In this document: piece by piece, positions 49,102 through 58,464 of the stretch
How the letters are laid out: each line of letters opens with the position of its first letter
Position numbering within the stretch: position 1 is the stretch's first letter
Assembly (NCBI GenBank): GCA_035402825.1
Contig: DAONDZ010000005.1
Coordinates: 8,276-72,275, forward strand
Origin: a bacterium
GTDB lineage: Bacteria > Patescibacteriota > Patescibacteriia > Patescibacteriales > UBA12465
Direction: 5' to 3'
Length of the DNA stretch: 64,000 bases
Program-made: the position numbers and the translations under genes
Notes under the pieces: generated by a model
Told to the model about the DNA's origin: nothing
What the model saw: the letters and a program-made list of their open reading frames with translations, nothing else
Databases searched by the model: none

Positions 49102-49341
49102 TTAGAGGCGATAAGTCACCCGTCCTTTGGTCAAGTCATAAGGGCTCATTTCCACCCTTACCTTGTCTCCCGGCAGCAACTTAATTTTATTCATCCGCAT
49201 CTTGCCAGATAAATGAGCCAATATTTCATGACCGCTGTCCAAAGCCACTTTGAAAGTGGCGGACGGCATCAGTTCTAAAACCTCGCCTTCGGTTTCAATG
49301 AAATTCTTAGAATCAATGTTTTGATTGTCACCTTTAGACAT
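49102..49341 (-). CDS. infA: Translation initiation factor IF-1 (the track ORF is N-terminally over-extended; likely start at the internal MSKGD)
   Basis: S1-like OB-fold sequence …[32 protein letters not shown]…. Confidence 0.8.
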   Translation of the reverse strand: MSKGDNQNIDSKNFIETEGEVLELMPSATFKVALDSGHEILAHLSGKMRMNKIKLLPGDKVRVEMSPYDLTKGRVTYRL

Positions 49342-49453
49342 TAAAGCAAAAAAAATTGATAAAGACTTAAAAAGCATAGGCTAGCTATGCCCTCAGCCTT
49401 ATCAAATATCTAAAAAATAAAATCTTCTGATACAAATTTCTAATAATGCCTTC

Positions 49454-49482
49454 ATTATAACCAAGCCCCCTATTCTTGTCAA
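49454..49482 (-). promoter_or_regulatory. Consensus sigma70 promoter (TTGACA-17-TATAAT on the minus strand) for the infA-rpmJ-rpsM-rpsK-rpsD-rpoA-rplQ operon
   Basis: Reverse complement of 49477-49482 is TTGACA and of 49454-49459 is TATAAT, with a 17-nt spacer. Confidence 0.6.
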
Positions 49483-49503
49483 GGGGAAAAGTCGGGTTTT
49501 AGG

Positions 49504-50523
49504 CTATTTTATCAAATTAACCTCCGGCTCCAAGACTACCCCAAATTTATTCTTGACTTTATCAATAATTCGTTGTGCTAAAGCCAGAATATCAGCCTGG
49601 TTAGCTTGCCCATAGTTAATCAAAACCAAGGGTTGATTGACATGGGTCCCAGCATCTCCTTCGCGGTATCCTTTAAAGCCGCATTGCTCAATTAGCCAGG
49701 CTGTTGGTATTTTTATCTTCCCATTAGTTTCAAAATGCTTAATTTCCGGAAATTTCTCTAAAATTGGAGCAAATTCCTCCGGACTAAGCTCCACATTCTT
49801 GAAAAACGAACCGGCGCTAGGCAGAACTGCCGGGTCAGGCAGCTTGGCGCCCCGAACCGAGACCACGGTTTCAAAAATATTTCGCTGATTTAGTTCCTTA
49901 TCTCCTAAACAATCTTTAAGGGTGCCGTATTCCACAATCGGTTTGCAGGTCTTATCTAAAGAAAAACCCACTGAAACGATGAAATAACGCCCTTGACCGG
50001 CTTTCTTGAACCGGCTTTGGCGATAAGAAAAATCACAATCTGAGGCAGCTATAGTCTGCAATTTTAATTCCGGATCATGTAAATCAACACATTTCACAAA
50101 TGAACAATGATCTTTCAGTTCTACGCCATAGGCACCGATATTTTGCACCGGTGCCGCTCCCACGGTACCAGGAATGGCAGCCAGGTTCTCTAAACCACTC
50201 CAACCTTTATCCACAGTATAAACCACTAACTCCGGCCAATCTTCCCCGCCGCCGATTAATAAGCTGACCTTGTCCTCAGCTTCCTCCAATATTTCCCGTC
50301 CCTTTATTTCATTTTTAATCACCAAACCGGGGAAACCGGCATCGCTCACCAGCATATTAGCCCCCCGACCCAAAACTAAGAGCGGCAAATTCCGTTCCTT
50401 GTTCCATGCCATCACTTCCCGCAAATCTTCTAAATTAGTAATCACGGCGAAATAACGCGCCGGGCCGCCGATGCGAAAAGTGGTATAAGCAGACAAATTG
50501 ATATTTTCTTGGATGTTTAACAT
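49504..50523 (-). CDS. murB: UDP-N-acetylenolpyruvoylglucosamine reductase MurB
   Basis: FAD-binding N-terminus YTTFRIGGPARYF and MurB C-terminal domain. Confidence 0.85.
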   Translation of the reverse strand: MLNIQENINLSAYTTFRIGGPARYFAVITNLEDLREVMAWNKERNLPLLVLGRGANMLVSDAGFPGLVIKNEIKGREILEEAEDKVSLLIGGGEDWPELVVYTVDKGWSGLENLAAIPGTVGAAPVQNIGAYGVELKDHCSFVKCVDLHDPELKLQTIAASDCDFSYRQSRFKKAGQGRYFIVSVGFSLDKTCKPIVEYGTLKDCLGDKELNQRNIFETVVSVRGAKLPDPAVLPSAGSFFKNVELSPEEFAPILEKFPEIKHFETNGKIKIPTAWLIEQCGFKGYREGDAGTHVNQPLVLINYGQANQADILALAQRIIDKVKNKFGVVLEPEVNLIK

Positions 50524-50524
50524 A

Positions 50525-52300
50525 TTATTTATTAACTATATCCCCAGCCGCCTGCAAGCTTAGCAGTTTTTGATACAAACCGCCATGCTGGGACAATTCT
50601 AAGTGACTCCCCTCTTCAATCACCCGACCATTTTCCAAAACCACTATTTTGTCGGCTTTGCGAATGGTGGACAAACGATGCGCCACGATAATCATAGTGC
50701 GATGCTGACGTACCCTTTCAATGGCTTCCTGAATTAATTTTTCACTATAACTATCTAAATTAGAAGTCGCCTCGTCAAAGATTAAAATCTGGGGATTGGC
50801 CAAAATGGCTCGAGCGATACCAATTCTTTGTCTTTGACCGCCGGACAATTTCACGCCCCGTTCCCCGACTAATGTTTCGTATCCTTTGTTTAATTTGACG
50901 ATGAACTCCTCGGCATTAGCCATCTTGGCCGCGGCTTTAATTTCTTTGAGGCTAGCCCGCGGATTAGCATAGGCAATATTGTCCTTAATATTCAAATCAA
51001 AGATTTCCACCTCCTGTGGCACGATAGCCAAAAAGCGCCGATAGTTATAAAGATCTAATTCTCGCAGACTATGGCCATCAACTGAGATATCCCCCGTGGT
51101 CGGGTCATAATGACGGTAAATTAAGCGAGCCAAAGTAGTTTTTCCCGATCCCGAAGGACCAACCAGGGCGGTTACCGCGCCGGCGGCAATTTTAAGATTA
51201 ATCTTTTTCAAAACCGCATTCTCATTAGCGCGATAGTTGAAACTGACATTAGAAAATTCAATCTCGCCGCTGATACTTTTCAACTTTCGGCCATTTTCCG
51301 GGTTAGTTATTTCTGGTTTCTCCTCTATCAACTCCTGCAGACGGGAAACGCCTTCTCGCCCTTCGGCCATCATGTCATAGACATGGCTCAAACGATAAAT
51401 AGCGGTATAGGCACTTTCGCTTAAGCTCATTACAAAGACTAAAGAACCGATGCTAATCTCGCCTTTAAACACCAAATAAGCGCTCAAAATCAGAACCACG
51501 GCTCGACCGGTATCAATCAAAGAGTTTCGGAACCAATTCAAACGATTCACCGTCAGCCACTCTTTGTCTTCCTTAGTTTTGATATCTTGCTTGAGATTGG
51601 TAAAATCACGCAATTCCCGGCGTTCCTGAGAAAAAGATTGGACAGCATTAATATTCATCACCGCCTGAGCCATTTTCCCCGAAGCCTTTTCATACTGCCG
51701 ATACCGCGCTCGGCGCACCGGATAGAGACGGCGGTTAAAGGTGTAGTTTAGAATAATAAACGGTATGGTAAATATCAAAAAACCGATAGCAAAACGATAA
51801 TCAATCACTCCTAAAAATATGGTGGTGACAAACAGTTGGATAACAGTCGGCACCACTTCAAAAAAGAAATCTCCCACTAAATTGGATATTTTAAAAACTC
51901 CTTTTTCAATTTTGACAATCTTGGCCCCGGTATTTTCTCTTTCGTGATAGGATAAATTGAGTTGCAAAAGTTTTTCATGAGCCTTAATCGGCAAAAAATA
52001 TTCCAATTCCACCATAACTTTGAATAACAACTGCCGTTCAAAATATTGCAGGCTGGTCCGAATTAAATCAGTTCCCCAAAAAATCATCACCCAGAGAATC
52101 AGCCAGCCCCAATCTTGAAACCCGGCCGTCGTCAACCGATCCACTATCAATTTCAAAGCATAGGGCTTAACCACAGCCAACAAAGTCAAAAAAATTACAA
52201 AAACCGAAATACCCAGCAATCCTTTGCGAATCGGCTGGAGTAGGCGCCAAAGATTGCGCCAATATTGACCTTCGTTGTTGGGCTTATTTTCTTTTTCCAT
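50525..52300 (-). CDS. ABC transporter, fused permease/ATPase (MsbA-like exporter) embedded in the mur operon
   Basis: Six-TM N-terminal half, Walker A GPSGSGKTT, ABC signature LSGGQRQR and Walker B ILIFDEATS. Confidence 0.85.
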   Translation of the reverse strand: MEKENKPNNEGQYWRNLWRLLQPIRKGLLGISVFVIFLTLLAVVKPYALKLIVDRLTTAGFQDWGWLILWVMIFWGTDLIRTSLQYFERQLLFKVMVELEYFLPIKAHEKLLQLNLSYHERENTGAKIVKIEKGVFKISNLVGDFFFEVVPTVIQLFVTTIFLGVIDYRFAIGFLIFTIPFIILNYTFNRRLYPVRRARYRQYEKASGKMAQAVMNINAVQSFSQERRELRDFTNLKQDIKTKEDKEWLTVNRLNWFRNSLIDTGRAVVLILSAYLVFKGEISIGSLVFVMSLSESAYTAIYRLSHVYDMMAEGREGVSRLQELIEEKPEITNPENGRKLKSISGEIEFSNVSFNYRANENAVLKKINLKIAAGAVTALVGPSGSGKTTLARLIYRHYDPTTGDISVDGHSLRELDLYNYRRFLAIVPQEVEIFDLNIKDNIAYANPRASLKEIKAAAKMANAEEFIVKLNKGYETLVGERGVKLSGGQRQRIGIARAILANPQILIFDEATSNLDSYSEKLIQEAIERVRQHRTMIIVAHRLSTIRKADKIVVLENGRVIEEGSHLELSQHGGLYQKLLSLQAAGDIVNK

Positions 52301-53675
52301 AGATTAATTCTTGCCCCACTCTAAAGACATCGCCCGCTCCTAAAAGTAATAACAAATCTTGCGGGCGTAAAATAATCCGTAAGTATTTAACCGCCGCCGC
52401 CAAATCCTTGATATGTTTGGCCGGCACTTGACTATGAATATTAATAGCAGCGGCTAAATCTTTAGCCGATACCCCGCCCTGCTTTTCCCGGGCTGAGCCA
52501 TAGATATTTAAAACAAAAACCTGGTCAGCTTCCCTAAAACTATTGCTAAAATCTTTAAACAACGCCTTGGTGCGAGTAAAAGTATGCGGATGAAACAAAA
52601 CTAATAATCTTTTTTGCGGATAAAGATTCCTTAAAGCCATTAAGGTAGCTTTAATTTCAGTCGGATGATGGCCATAGTCATCAATAATTTTAGCTCCGTG
52701 ATAAACGCCCAAGGTTTGCAATCTTCTCTCAGTGCCCTGAAAGGAAAATAAACCTTTGATAATTTGCTCTTTCTTCACTCCCAATTTTTCCGCGGCGGCA
52801 ATCACCGCCAAAGCATTGGAAATATTATGTTTTCCGGTTAATTTAGTCTTCACCTTCCCCCAAAGCCGTCCTCGTTTATAAACCAAAAATGATTGCTGGC
52901 CGTGATTAAGGCTAATGGCCTGAGCGTAGTAATCAGCTTGAGAATCAACCAAGCTATAACTAATTAATTTGGCCGGATTATACTTTAAGATGCTTTTGAT
53001 TTTTTGATCATCAAGGTTGGCCACTAAAAATCCCGAGCGCGGAATCTTTTTAATGAATTCGGCAAAAACCCGGATGTAATCTTTCTCGGTAGAGAAAAAA
53101 TCCGGATGATCATAATCAATATTATTAAGCAAAACTCCGCGCGGAGAAAAATACTGCAATTTGTTCTGATACTCATCTGATTCCGCTACGAATAATTTTG
53201 ATTTTCCCAGTAAAGCGCTGCCCTTAAATTGCGGTACTCTGGCTCCCACTAAAACATTGGGCGACTTGCCGGCGCGAGACAAGACATAGCCTAGCCAAGC
53301 GGTAGTGGTAGTCTTGCCGTGGCTGCCGCAGACAGAAATCCCTTGATAAGAATTAAAGAGCCAGCCCAAGGCTTCGGCATAACAATACATCTTTAATCCG
53401 CGTCGCCGAGCCTCTTTCATCTCCACATTATTTTTTTCACTATAAGCTGAAGAATAAACGACAAAATCAACCTGGGCAGGAATATTTTTAATCGCAAAAG
53501 GTGACAATACCTTAATCTTAGCCCGGCGCAAAACCGCGTCGGTCATAAAAACCTCGGAATTATCCGCTCCGGTTATTTTAATTCCCTGTCCGGCCAAAAA
53601 CTGAGCCAGCATAGTCATGCCCACTCCTTTAATGCCGATAAAATAAGCTGATTTACCTAAATTAGAAATTTTCAT
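52284..53675 (-). CDS. murC: UDP-N-acetylmuramate--L-alanine ligase MurC
   Basis: IGIKGVGMT… N-terminus and Mur ligase motif GSHGKTTTT. Confidence 0.85.
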   Translation of the reverse strand: MKISNLGKSAYFIGIKGVGMTMLAQFLAGQGIKITGADNSEVFMTDAVLRRAKIKVLSPFAIKNIPAQVDFVVYSSAYSEKNNVEMKEARRRGLKMYCYAEALGWLFNSYQGISVCGSHGKTTTTAWLGYVLSRAGKSPNVLVGARVPQFKGSALLGKSKLFVAESDEYQNKLQYFSPRGVLLNNIDYDHPDFFSTEKDYIRVFAEFIKKIPRSGFLVANLDDQKIKSILKYNPAKLISYSLVDSQADYYAQAISLNHGQQSFLVYKRGRLWGKVKTKLTGKHNISNALAVIAAAEKLGVKKEQIIKGLFSFQGTERRLQTLGVYHGAKIIDDYGHHPTEIKATLMALRNLYPQKRLLVLFHPHTFTRTKALFKDFSNSFREADQVFVLNIYGSAREKQGGVSAKDLAAAINIHSQVPAKHIKDLAAAVKYLRIILRPQDLLLLLGAGDVFRVGQELIYGKRK

Positions 53676-54745
53676 AGCAAATTATTAATAATTTCCGCCA
53701 TTTTCTGACTAGCTTCTCTTTTCATCATCTTGCCCATCAAATAGGAATACTTATCACCATTTTGCAGCATTTTTTTAACGCTCTGCACCAAATCGCCGGA
53801 GGTTAAACTATCTTCGGCTAAAACTACCGCCGCCTGATTCTGAGAAAAATAACCGGCGTTGTCCTCTTGATGAGAATGAGGCAAAGGAATAAGTATCGCC
53901 GGTTTTTTAAAATAGCTGATTTCATTTAAAGTTCCTAATCCACAGCGAGAAACCACCACTTGAGCCAAAGACTCTAGGGCTAATAATTCGGAATGAGGAA
54001 TAAACTCTAAGACTTGAAATCCCGGTACCGCCGCAAAGCTTTTTCCTAAACCGCAAATCTGAATAACTTCTCCCAATTTAGCCAATTCTCCGGCCGCTTC
54101 CTGACTCAATCTATTAAGAGCCACCGAACCGGTGCCGCCGCCCATAATCAGAATTAACGGCTTGTCCTGAGACAAATTATATTTTGTTATCACCGCCGCT
54201 TGATCAGCAGCCAATTGTTCTGGATCTATTTCCTTGATAGGATTGCCAATCCAAACTGCTCTGGAACCATAATCGGCTAAAGATTTTTCAAAAGTGACGG
54301 TAATTGTCTTCGCTGCCCCCTTCATTAATTTGTTAGCTAATCCCGGCCGCCAATCCTGTTGATGAATAATTGATTTTATTCCCATCATTCTTCCTGCCCA
54401 AACTAAAGGCACGCTCACAAACGATCCGGCTGAAATAATGAGCGCCGGACGATATTTAGATAATAGATAGAAAGACTGAAAGAAAGCTAAACCGATTAAA
54501 ATAATATCAAAAATATTCCGGAGAGAAAAATAACGGCGCAATTTTCCTGACAACATTCCTTGGAACGGAATGTCGGAAGCTTTAGCCCACCTCTCCTCTG
54601 GACCATGCTTGGTACCGATAAATAAAAAACGATAGCGGCTGGCTGAGTATTTTTTTAAATAATCGGCCACGGCCAAAAGCGGGGTCACCGAACCACCGGT
54701 CCCACCTCCTGATAAAATAATTAATTTTGGCGCTATTTTTTTCAT
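53672..54745 (-). CDS. murG: Undecaprenyl-PP-MurNAc-pentapeptide UDP-GlcNAc transferase MurG
   Basis: GGGTGGSVTP N-terminal motif and GT28 two-domain architecture. Confidence 0.85.
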   Translation of the reverse strand: MKKIAPKLIILSGGGTGGSVTPLLAVADYLKKYSASRYRFLFIGTKHGPEERWAKASDIPFQGMLSGKLRRYFSLRNIFDIILIGLAFFQSFYLLSKYRPALIISAGSFVSVPLVWAGRMMGIKSIIHQQDWRPGLANKLMKGAAKTITVTFEKSLADYGSRAVWIGNPIKEIDPEQLAADQAAVITKYNLSQDKPLILIMGGGTGSVALNRLSQEAAGELAKLGEVIQICGLGKSFAAVPGFQVLEFIPHSELLALESLAQVVVSRCGLGTLNEISYFKKPAILIPLPHSHQEDNAGYFSQNQAAVVLAEDSLTSGDLVQSVKKMLQNGDKYSYLMGKMMKREASQKMAEIINNLL

Positions 54746-54747
54746 AA

Positions 54748-55878
54748 TTATGATTTAACCGTCTGCCGACTAATATTAATCAAAATTCCCATCGCTGCCA
54801 AGAGGGCCAACAAAGCCGAACCGCCGGAACTGACGAAGGGCAAAGGCACTCCAGTCATGGGAATAAAATTCATCGCCCCACCAATGTTCAAAATTGCCTG
54901 CACCACCACCCAAGCCGAAATACCCACCGCCAAATAACGGCCGAATAAATCGGGAGCCCTGGAAGCAATCATTAGGCCGCGATAGGCTAAGAAAAAATAG
55001 GCGGCGATTAAAGCTAGACTAAACAAGAAACCGACCTCTTCAGCGATGACTGCAAAAATAGAATCACTCCAAACTTCCGGCAAATACATAAACTTCTGCC
55101 GACTTTCTCCTAATCCGCGCCCCAAGAATCCGCCAGAACCAATAGCAATTAAAGATTGATTAATCTGATAACATTGCTCTCCGGCATTAATTTCTGGATG
55201 CTGAAAACATTCTATTCTGTCCATTTTGTTGCTTTTCTGATTGAGCAAGATCAATAACGCCATTGCGGCTATCACTAAAATAGCGGCGATGTAGCGCCAT
55301 TTGATGCCGGCCACGAAATAAACAATCAAAGAGCTGCCTAAAATAATGGACAAAGTCCCTAAATCCGGCTGCTTGAGCATCAAAATAGAAATAGCGGCAA
55401 TGATAAAAACTAAGGGGCCTAAACTATCTTTAAAACTATTAATGCGATCGGCTTTGACCTCCAGCCAGGCGGCTAAATAAATTAAAAACAATAATTTCAC
55501 AAACTCCGAGGGCTGAACAGAAAAACCGAAAACATTAATCCAGTTCTGGGCCTTGCCATAGCCGGCTCCTAGTCCGGGAATAAAAACTAATGACAGGAGC
55601 AAAAAAGAACCGATTAAAGCATAGAGCGCCCAGGGTTTGAGATAATGATAATTAATTTTGGACAGTATGATCATCGCCGGCAGACCCAGAGCCAAACCAA
55701 AAAGCTGGTGTTTAATAAAATACAAACTGCTGCCGCCCTTGACATAACCGGCCACCAAGGAAGCGCTAAAGAGCATCACCAGACCGAAAACAAGAAGCCC
55801 AATTATAGTGATAACGAGCTTCTTATCGGCCAACTGTTCGGTTTTAGGGTGAGCTAAAGCTCCGCCGCGCCAGGTCAT
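54748..55878 (-). CDS. ftsW: SEDS-family peptidoglycan glycosyltransferase FtsW/RodA
   Basis: Ten-TM SEDS pattern …PDLGT…. Confidence 0.8.
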   Translation of the reverse strand: MTWRGGALAHPKTEQLADKKLVITIIGLLVFGLVMLFSASLVAGYVKGGSSLYFIKHQLFGLALGLPAMIILSKINYHYLKPWALYALIGSFLLLSLVFIPGLGAGYGKAQNWINVFGFSVQPSEFVKLLFLIYLAAWLEVKADRINSFKDSLGPLVFIIAAISILMLKQPDLGTLSIILGSSLIVYFVAGIKWRYIAAILVIAAMALLILLNQKSNKMDRIECFQHPEINAGEQCYQINQSLIAIGSGGFLGRGLGESRQKFMYLPEVWSDSIFAVIAEEVGFLFSLALIAAYFFLAYRGLMIASRAPDLFGRYLAVGISAWVVVQAILNIGGAMNFIPMTGVPLPFVSSGGSALLALLAAMGILINISRQTVKS

Positions 55879-55881
55879 AAA

Positions 55882-56928
55882 TTATATATGCTTGTCCAAA
55901 AGAAAAATCATTAATCCCAGAGCCGCGCAAATAGCGGCTATCAACCAGAGACGCATCACAATTTTAGTTTCCGGCCAACCCACGGCTTGCAAATGATTAT
56001 GCAAGGGGCTGGAGAGAAAAACTTTTTTGTGGCGCAACTTTTTAGAGATCATCTGAATAATCACCGAAGCTGATTCCACCACGAACACCAAGCCGATAAT
56101 CGGCAGAATAAACATATTGTTAGTCAGCATGGCAATCACGCCCAAAGTCACCCCCAAACTCATGGAACCGGTATCTCCCAAATAGAAACGGGCCGGAGCA
56201 ATATTAAACCACAGAAAAGCGATCAAAGCGCCAATAATTACCCCGCAAAAAGCGGCTAAATCATAGCGCCCCATAGAGAAAGCGATAATCGCATAGGCGG
56301 TATAAGACATCAGCAAAGTGCCGCCGGCTAAACCGTCCAAACCATCGGTTTCATTGACCGAGAAAGAAGTAGCCACAATCACTAAGACAAATATTGGAAT
56401 ATACCACCAACCAATTTCAAAATTACCCAAGAAAGGAACATGCAAAACCGTCCAATCCAATTTAAAATAGAACCAAAGGGCGCCCACCAAGGCGATAGCG
56501 GTATAAATTAACAAACGATGTTTCATTCTCAGTCCCCCGCCGCCTTTTTCTCCTTTGCCGCGAACATCCAGCCAATCGTCAAATAATCCGATTAAAGCGG
56601 AGGCGATTAGAGCAATTAGAGGCAAGAGGGTTTCTTTCTTGGTCAAAAAATTCATCTGACAAAGAGTACTGCAGTTAACGAAGCGGCTGGCTAAATAGAA
56701 AACCAAGATAAAAATTAATAGCGTCACCCAAATCAACATGCCGCCCATGGTGGGGGTGCCGGCTTTGTGAGCATGAAGCTGGCTGAAAATCGGCGTATTA
56801 CCATTATTTCTGATCCGCTTCCCCATCCGGTATTTATACAAAAAATTAGTCAAAAGCGGCGTCCAGGCAATAGTAAAGATAAAAGCCAAAGTAGACAGCA
56901 AGATGATTTTGATGATATAGAAGTCCAT
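55882..56928 (-). CDS. mraY: Phospho-N-acetylmuramoyl-pentapeptide transferase MraY
   Basis: MraY motifs …NETDGLDGLAGG… and …FLGDTGS…. Confidence 0.85.
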   Translation of the reverse strand: MDFYIIKIILLSTLAFIFTIAWTPLLTNFLYKYRMGKRIRNNGNTPIFSQLHAHKAGTPTMGGMLIWVTLLIFILVFYLASRFVNCSTLCQMNFLTKKETLLPLIALIASALIGLFDDWLDVRGKGEKGGGGLRMKHRLLIYTAIALVGALWFYFKLDWTVLHVPFLGNFEIGWWYIPIFVLVIVATSFSVNETDGLDGLAGGTLLMSYTAYAIIAFSMGRYDLAAFCGVIIGALIAFLWFNIAPARFYLGDTGSMSLGVTLGVIAMLTNNMFILPIIGLVFVVESASVIIQMISKKLRHKKVFLSSPLHNHLQAVGWPETKIVMRLWLIAAICAALGLMIFLLDKHI

Positions 56929-56935
56929 AGAACAA

Positions 56936-57352
56936 TTATCTGAAATTAATAAGGTAAACCGCTAGCAGCGATAACAACAACAAAGCATTGACCAAAATGG
57001 CCGTTGCCAGAAGCACATGAGAGACTAAGCTAAGATTTTTCTGTTTAGTCCAAAAAAGCAAAAACAAGAAATCCAATAATATAAAAGTTAATCCGATAGC
57101 CGGATTTAAAAATAATTTTTGCCTCTGGCCCACCAAATCAATACCAAAGTCCACATTATAATGAAGCACGGTCAAATTCGGTCCCATGGCTCGATAAAGC
57201 AGAAATGACCCCACCCAATCTAGAAGATTGATAATGCCGGCCACTAGAATATAAACTCGGACGTAAGTTAAGCCCCAGGCTAATTTAGCCGCTATTTTCA
57301 AGTTCGTTTTCCCCAAAGACGCATAGTGCGCCAATTTGCCGACTAGAAGCAT
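56936..57352 (-). CDS. Small polytopic membrane protein, hypothetical
   Basis: 138 aa with 4 predicted TM helices. Confidence 0.4.
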   Translation of the reverse strand: MLLVGKLAHYASLGKTNLKIAAKLAWGLTYVRVYILVAGIINLLDWVGSFLLYRAMGPNLTVLHYNVDFGIDLVGQRQKLFLNPAIGLTFILLDFLFLLFWTKQKNLSLVSHVLLATAILVNALLLLSLLAVYLINFR

Positions 57353-57465
57353 AAAATAAAGATTTTATAAATAATTCTCCCTTCCATTATAGTACATTTT
57401 AAAATAATATAAAATAGTGATATAATTAACCGGAACTCAATTTTATTAACCCCTCAGACCACATT

Positions 57466-58137
57466 TTGAATATTATGGCAAGAATAGCAATCATCATCCC
57501 CGGACTAAACGAAGCCCGTTCCATAGCCGCAGTAGTGAGCTCGGTCAAACCCTTAGCCGAATGGGTAATCGTGGTTGACGACGGTTCCACCGATAATACC
57601 CGCCAACTGGCTCAAGACGCCGGGGCTTTAGTTTTAACTCATAAAATAAACCGCGGCCAGGGCGCCGCTTTAGAAACCGGCGATCAAAAAGCTAAATCCT
57701 TAGGCGCCGAGATAATCGTCCACTTTGATGCCGATGGCCAATTTCTGGCCTCAGACATCGCTAAAGTCTGCGCTCCAATTATCAACGGTCAAGCCGACAT
57801 CGTTTTCGGTTCCCGTTTTTTATCCGACAACCAACTACCCTGGGCTAAAGCCAAGATTATCATGCCCTTAGCCAAAACCTTAAGCCGTTTAATTTGGAAC
57901 ATTAAATTAACCGATCCCCAAAGCGGCTTCCGGGCTTTCAACAGAAAAGTAGCCGACACTCTCACCATTGAAAATGACCGCATGGCCCATTGCAGTGAAA
58001 TCATCATCAAAGCCCATCGCAATAAATACCGCGTCCAAGAAGTGCCGATAACCGTAATCTATCACCGCTTCGGCCAAAACTTCGGCGGCGGATTAAGAAT
58101 CATCAAAGATTTAATTTATAAAGCAATAACCAAATAA
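57466..58137 (+). CDS. Family 2 glycosyltransferase (polyprenyl-phosphate sugar synthase-like)
   Basis: VVDDGSTDNT, a DAD-like HFDADGQ and catalytic region typical of the GT2 DPM/GtrB type. Confidence 0.8.
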   Translation: MNIMARIAIIIPGLNEARSIAAVVSSVKPLAEWVIVVDDGSTDNTRQLAQDAGALVLTHKINRGQGAALETGDQKAKSLGAEIIVHFDADGQFLASDIAKVCAPIINGQADIVFGSRFLSDNQLPWAKAKIIMPLAKTLSRLIWNIKLTDPQSGFRAFNRKVADTLTIENDRMAHCSEIIIKAHRNKYRVQEVPITVIYHRFGQNFGGGLRIIKDLIYKAITK

Positions 58138-58138
58138 T

Positions 58139-58456
58139 ATGTGGCAACAAATTATCGCCCTAGTCATTATCCTCTTCTTCATCTGGCGCCTGAGCTTGCA
58201 AAAGAAGAATAAAAAAATTAGCCGCAACGAATTCCGTTTCTGGCTCACCTTCTGGCTAATAGCCGCCTTGGCGATCTTAGGATTAAAGATGATAGACAGA
58301 TTAGTGATCCAATTAGGGCTTTCCGGCGCCGGTATCAATTACCTGCTCTACATTGCTGTCCTCTTCCTGTTCTATCTTTTATTCCGCACCCGATTAAAAA
58401 TCGTCAAAATTGAAAAAGACATTACCCAAATTACTCGCGACGAAGCCCTCAAATAA
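58139..58456 (+). CDS. Small membrane protein (DUF2304-like), coupled to the GT2 gene
   Basis: 105 aa with 3 TM helices; starts 2 nt after the GT2 stop. Confidence 0.5.
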   Translation: MWQQIIALVIILFFIWRLSLQKKNKKISRNEFRFWLTFWLIAALAILGLKMIDRLVIQLGLSGAGINYLLYIAVLFLFYLLFRTRLKIVKIEKDITQITRDEALK

Positions 58457-58464
58457 TATCAATT

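Noticed and set aside
49342-49377. N-terminal 12 codons of the infA ORF ([12 protein letters not shown])
   Set aside because: IF-1 is a conserved protein of about 72 aa. The hydrophobic extension lacks homology and the internal MSKGD start fits the expected length, so the CDS was trimmed.
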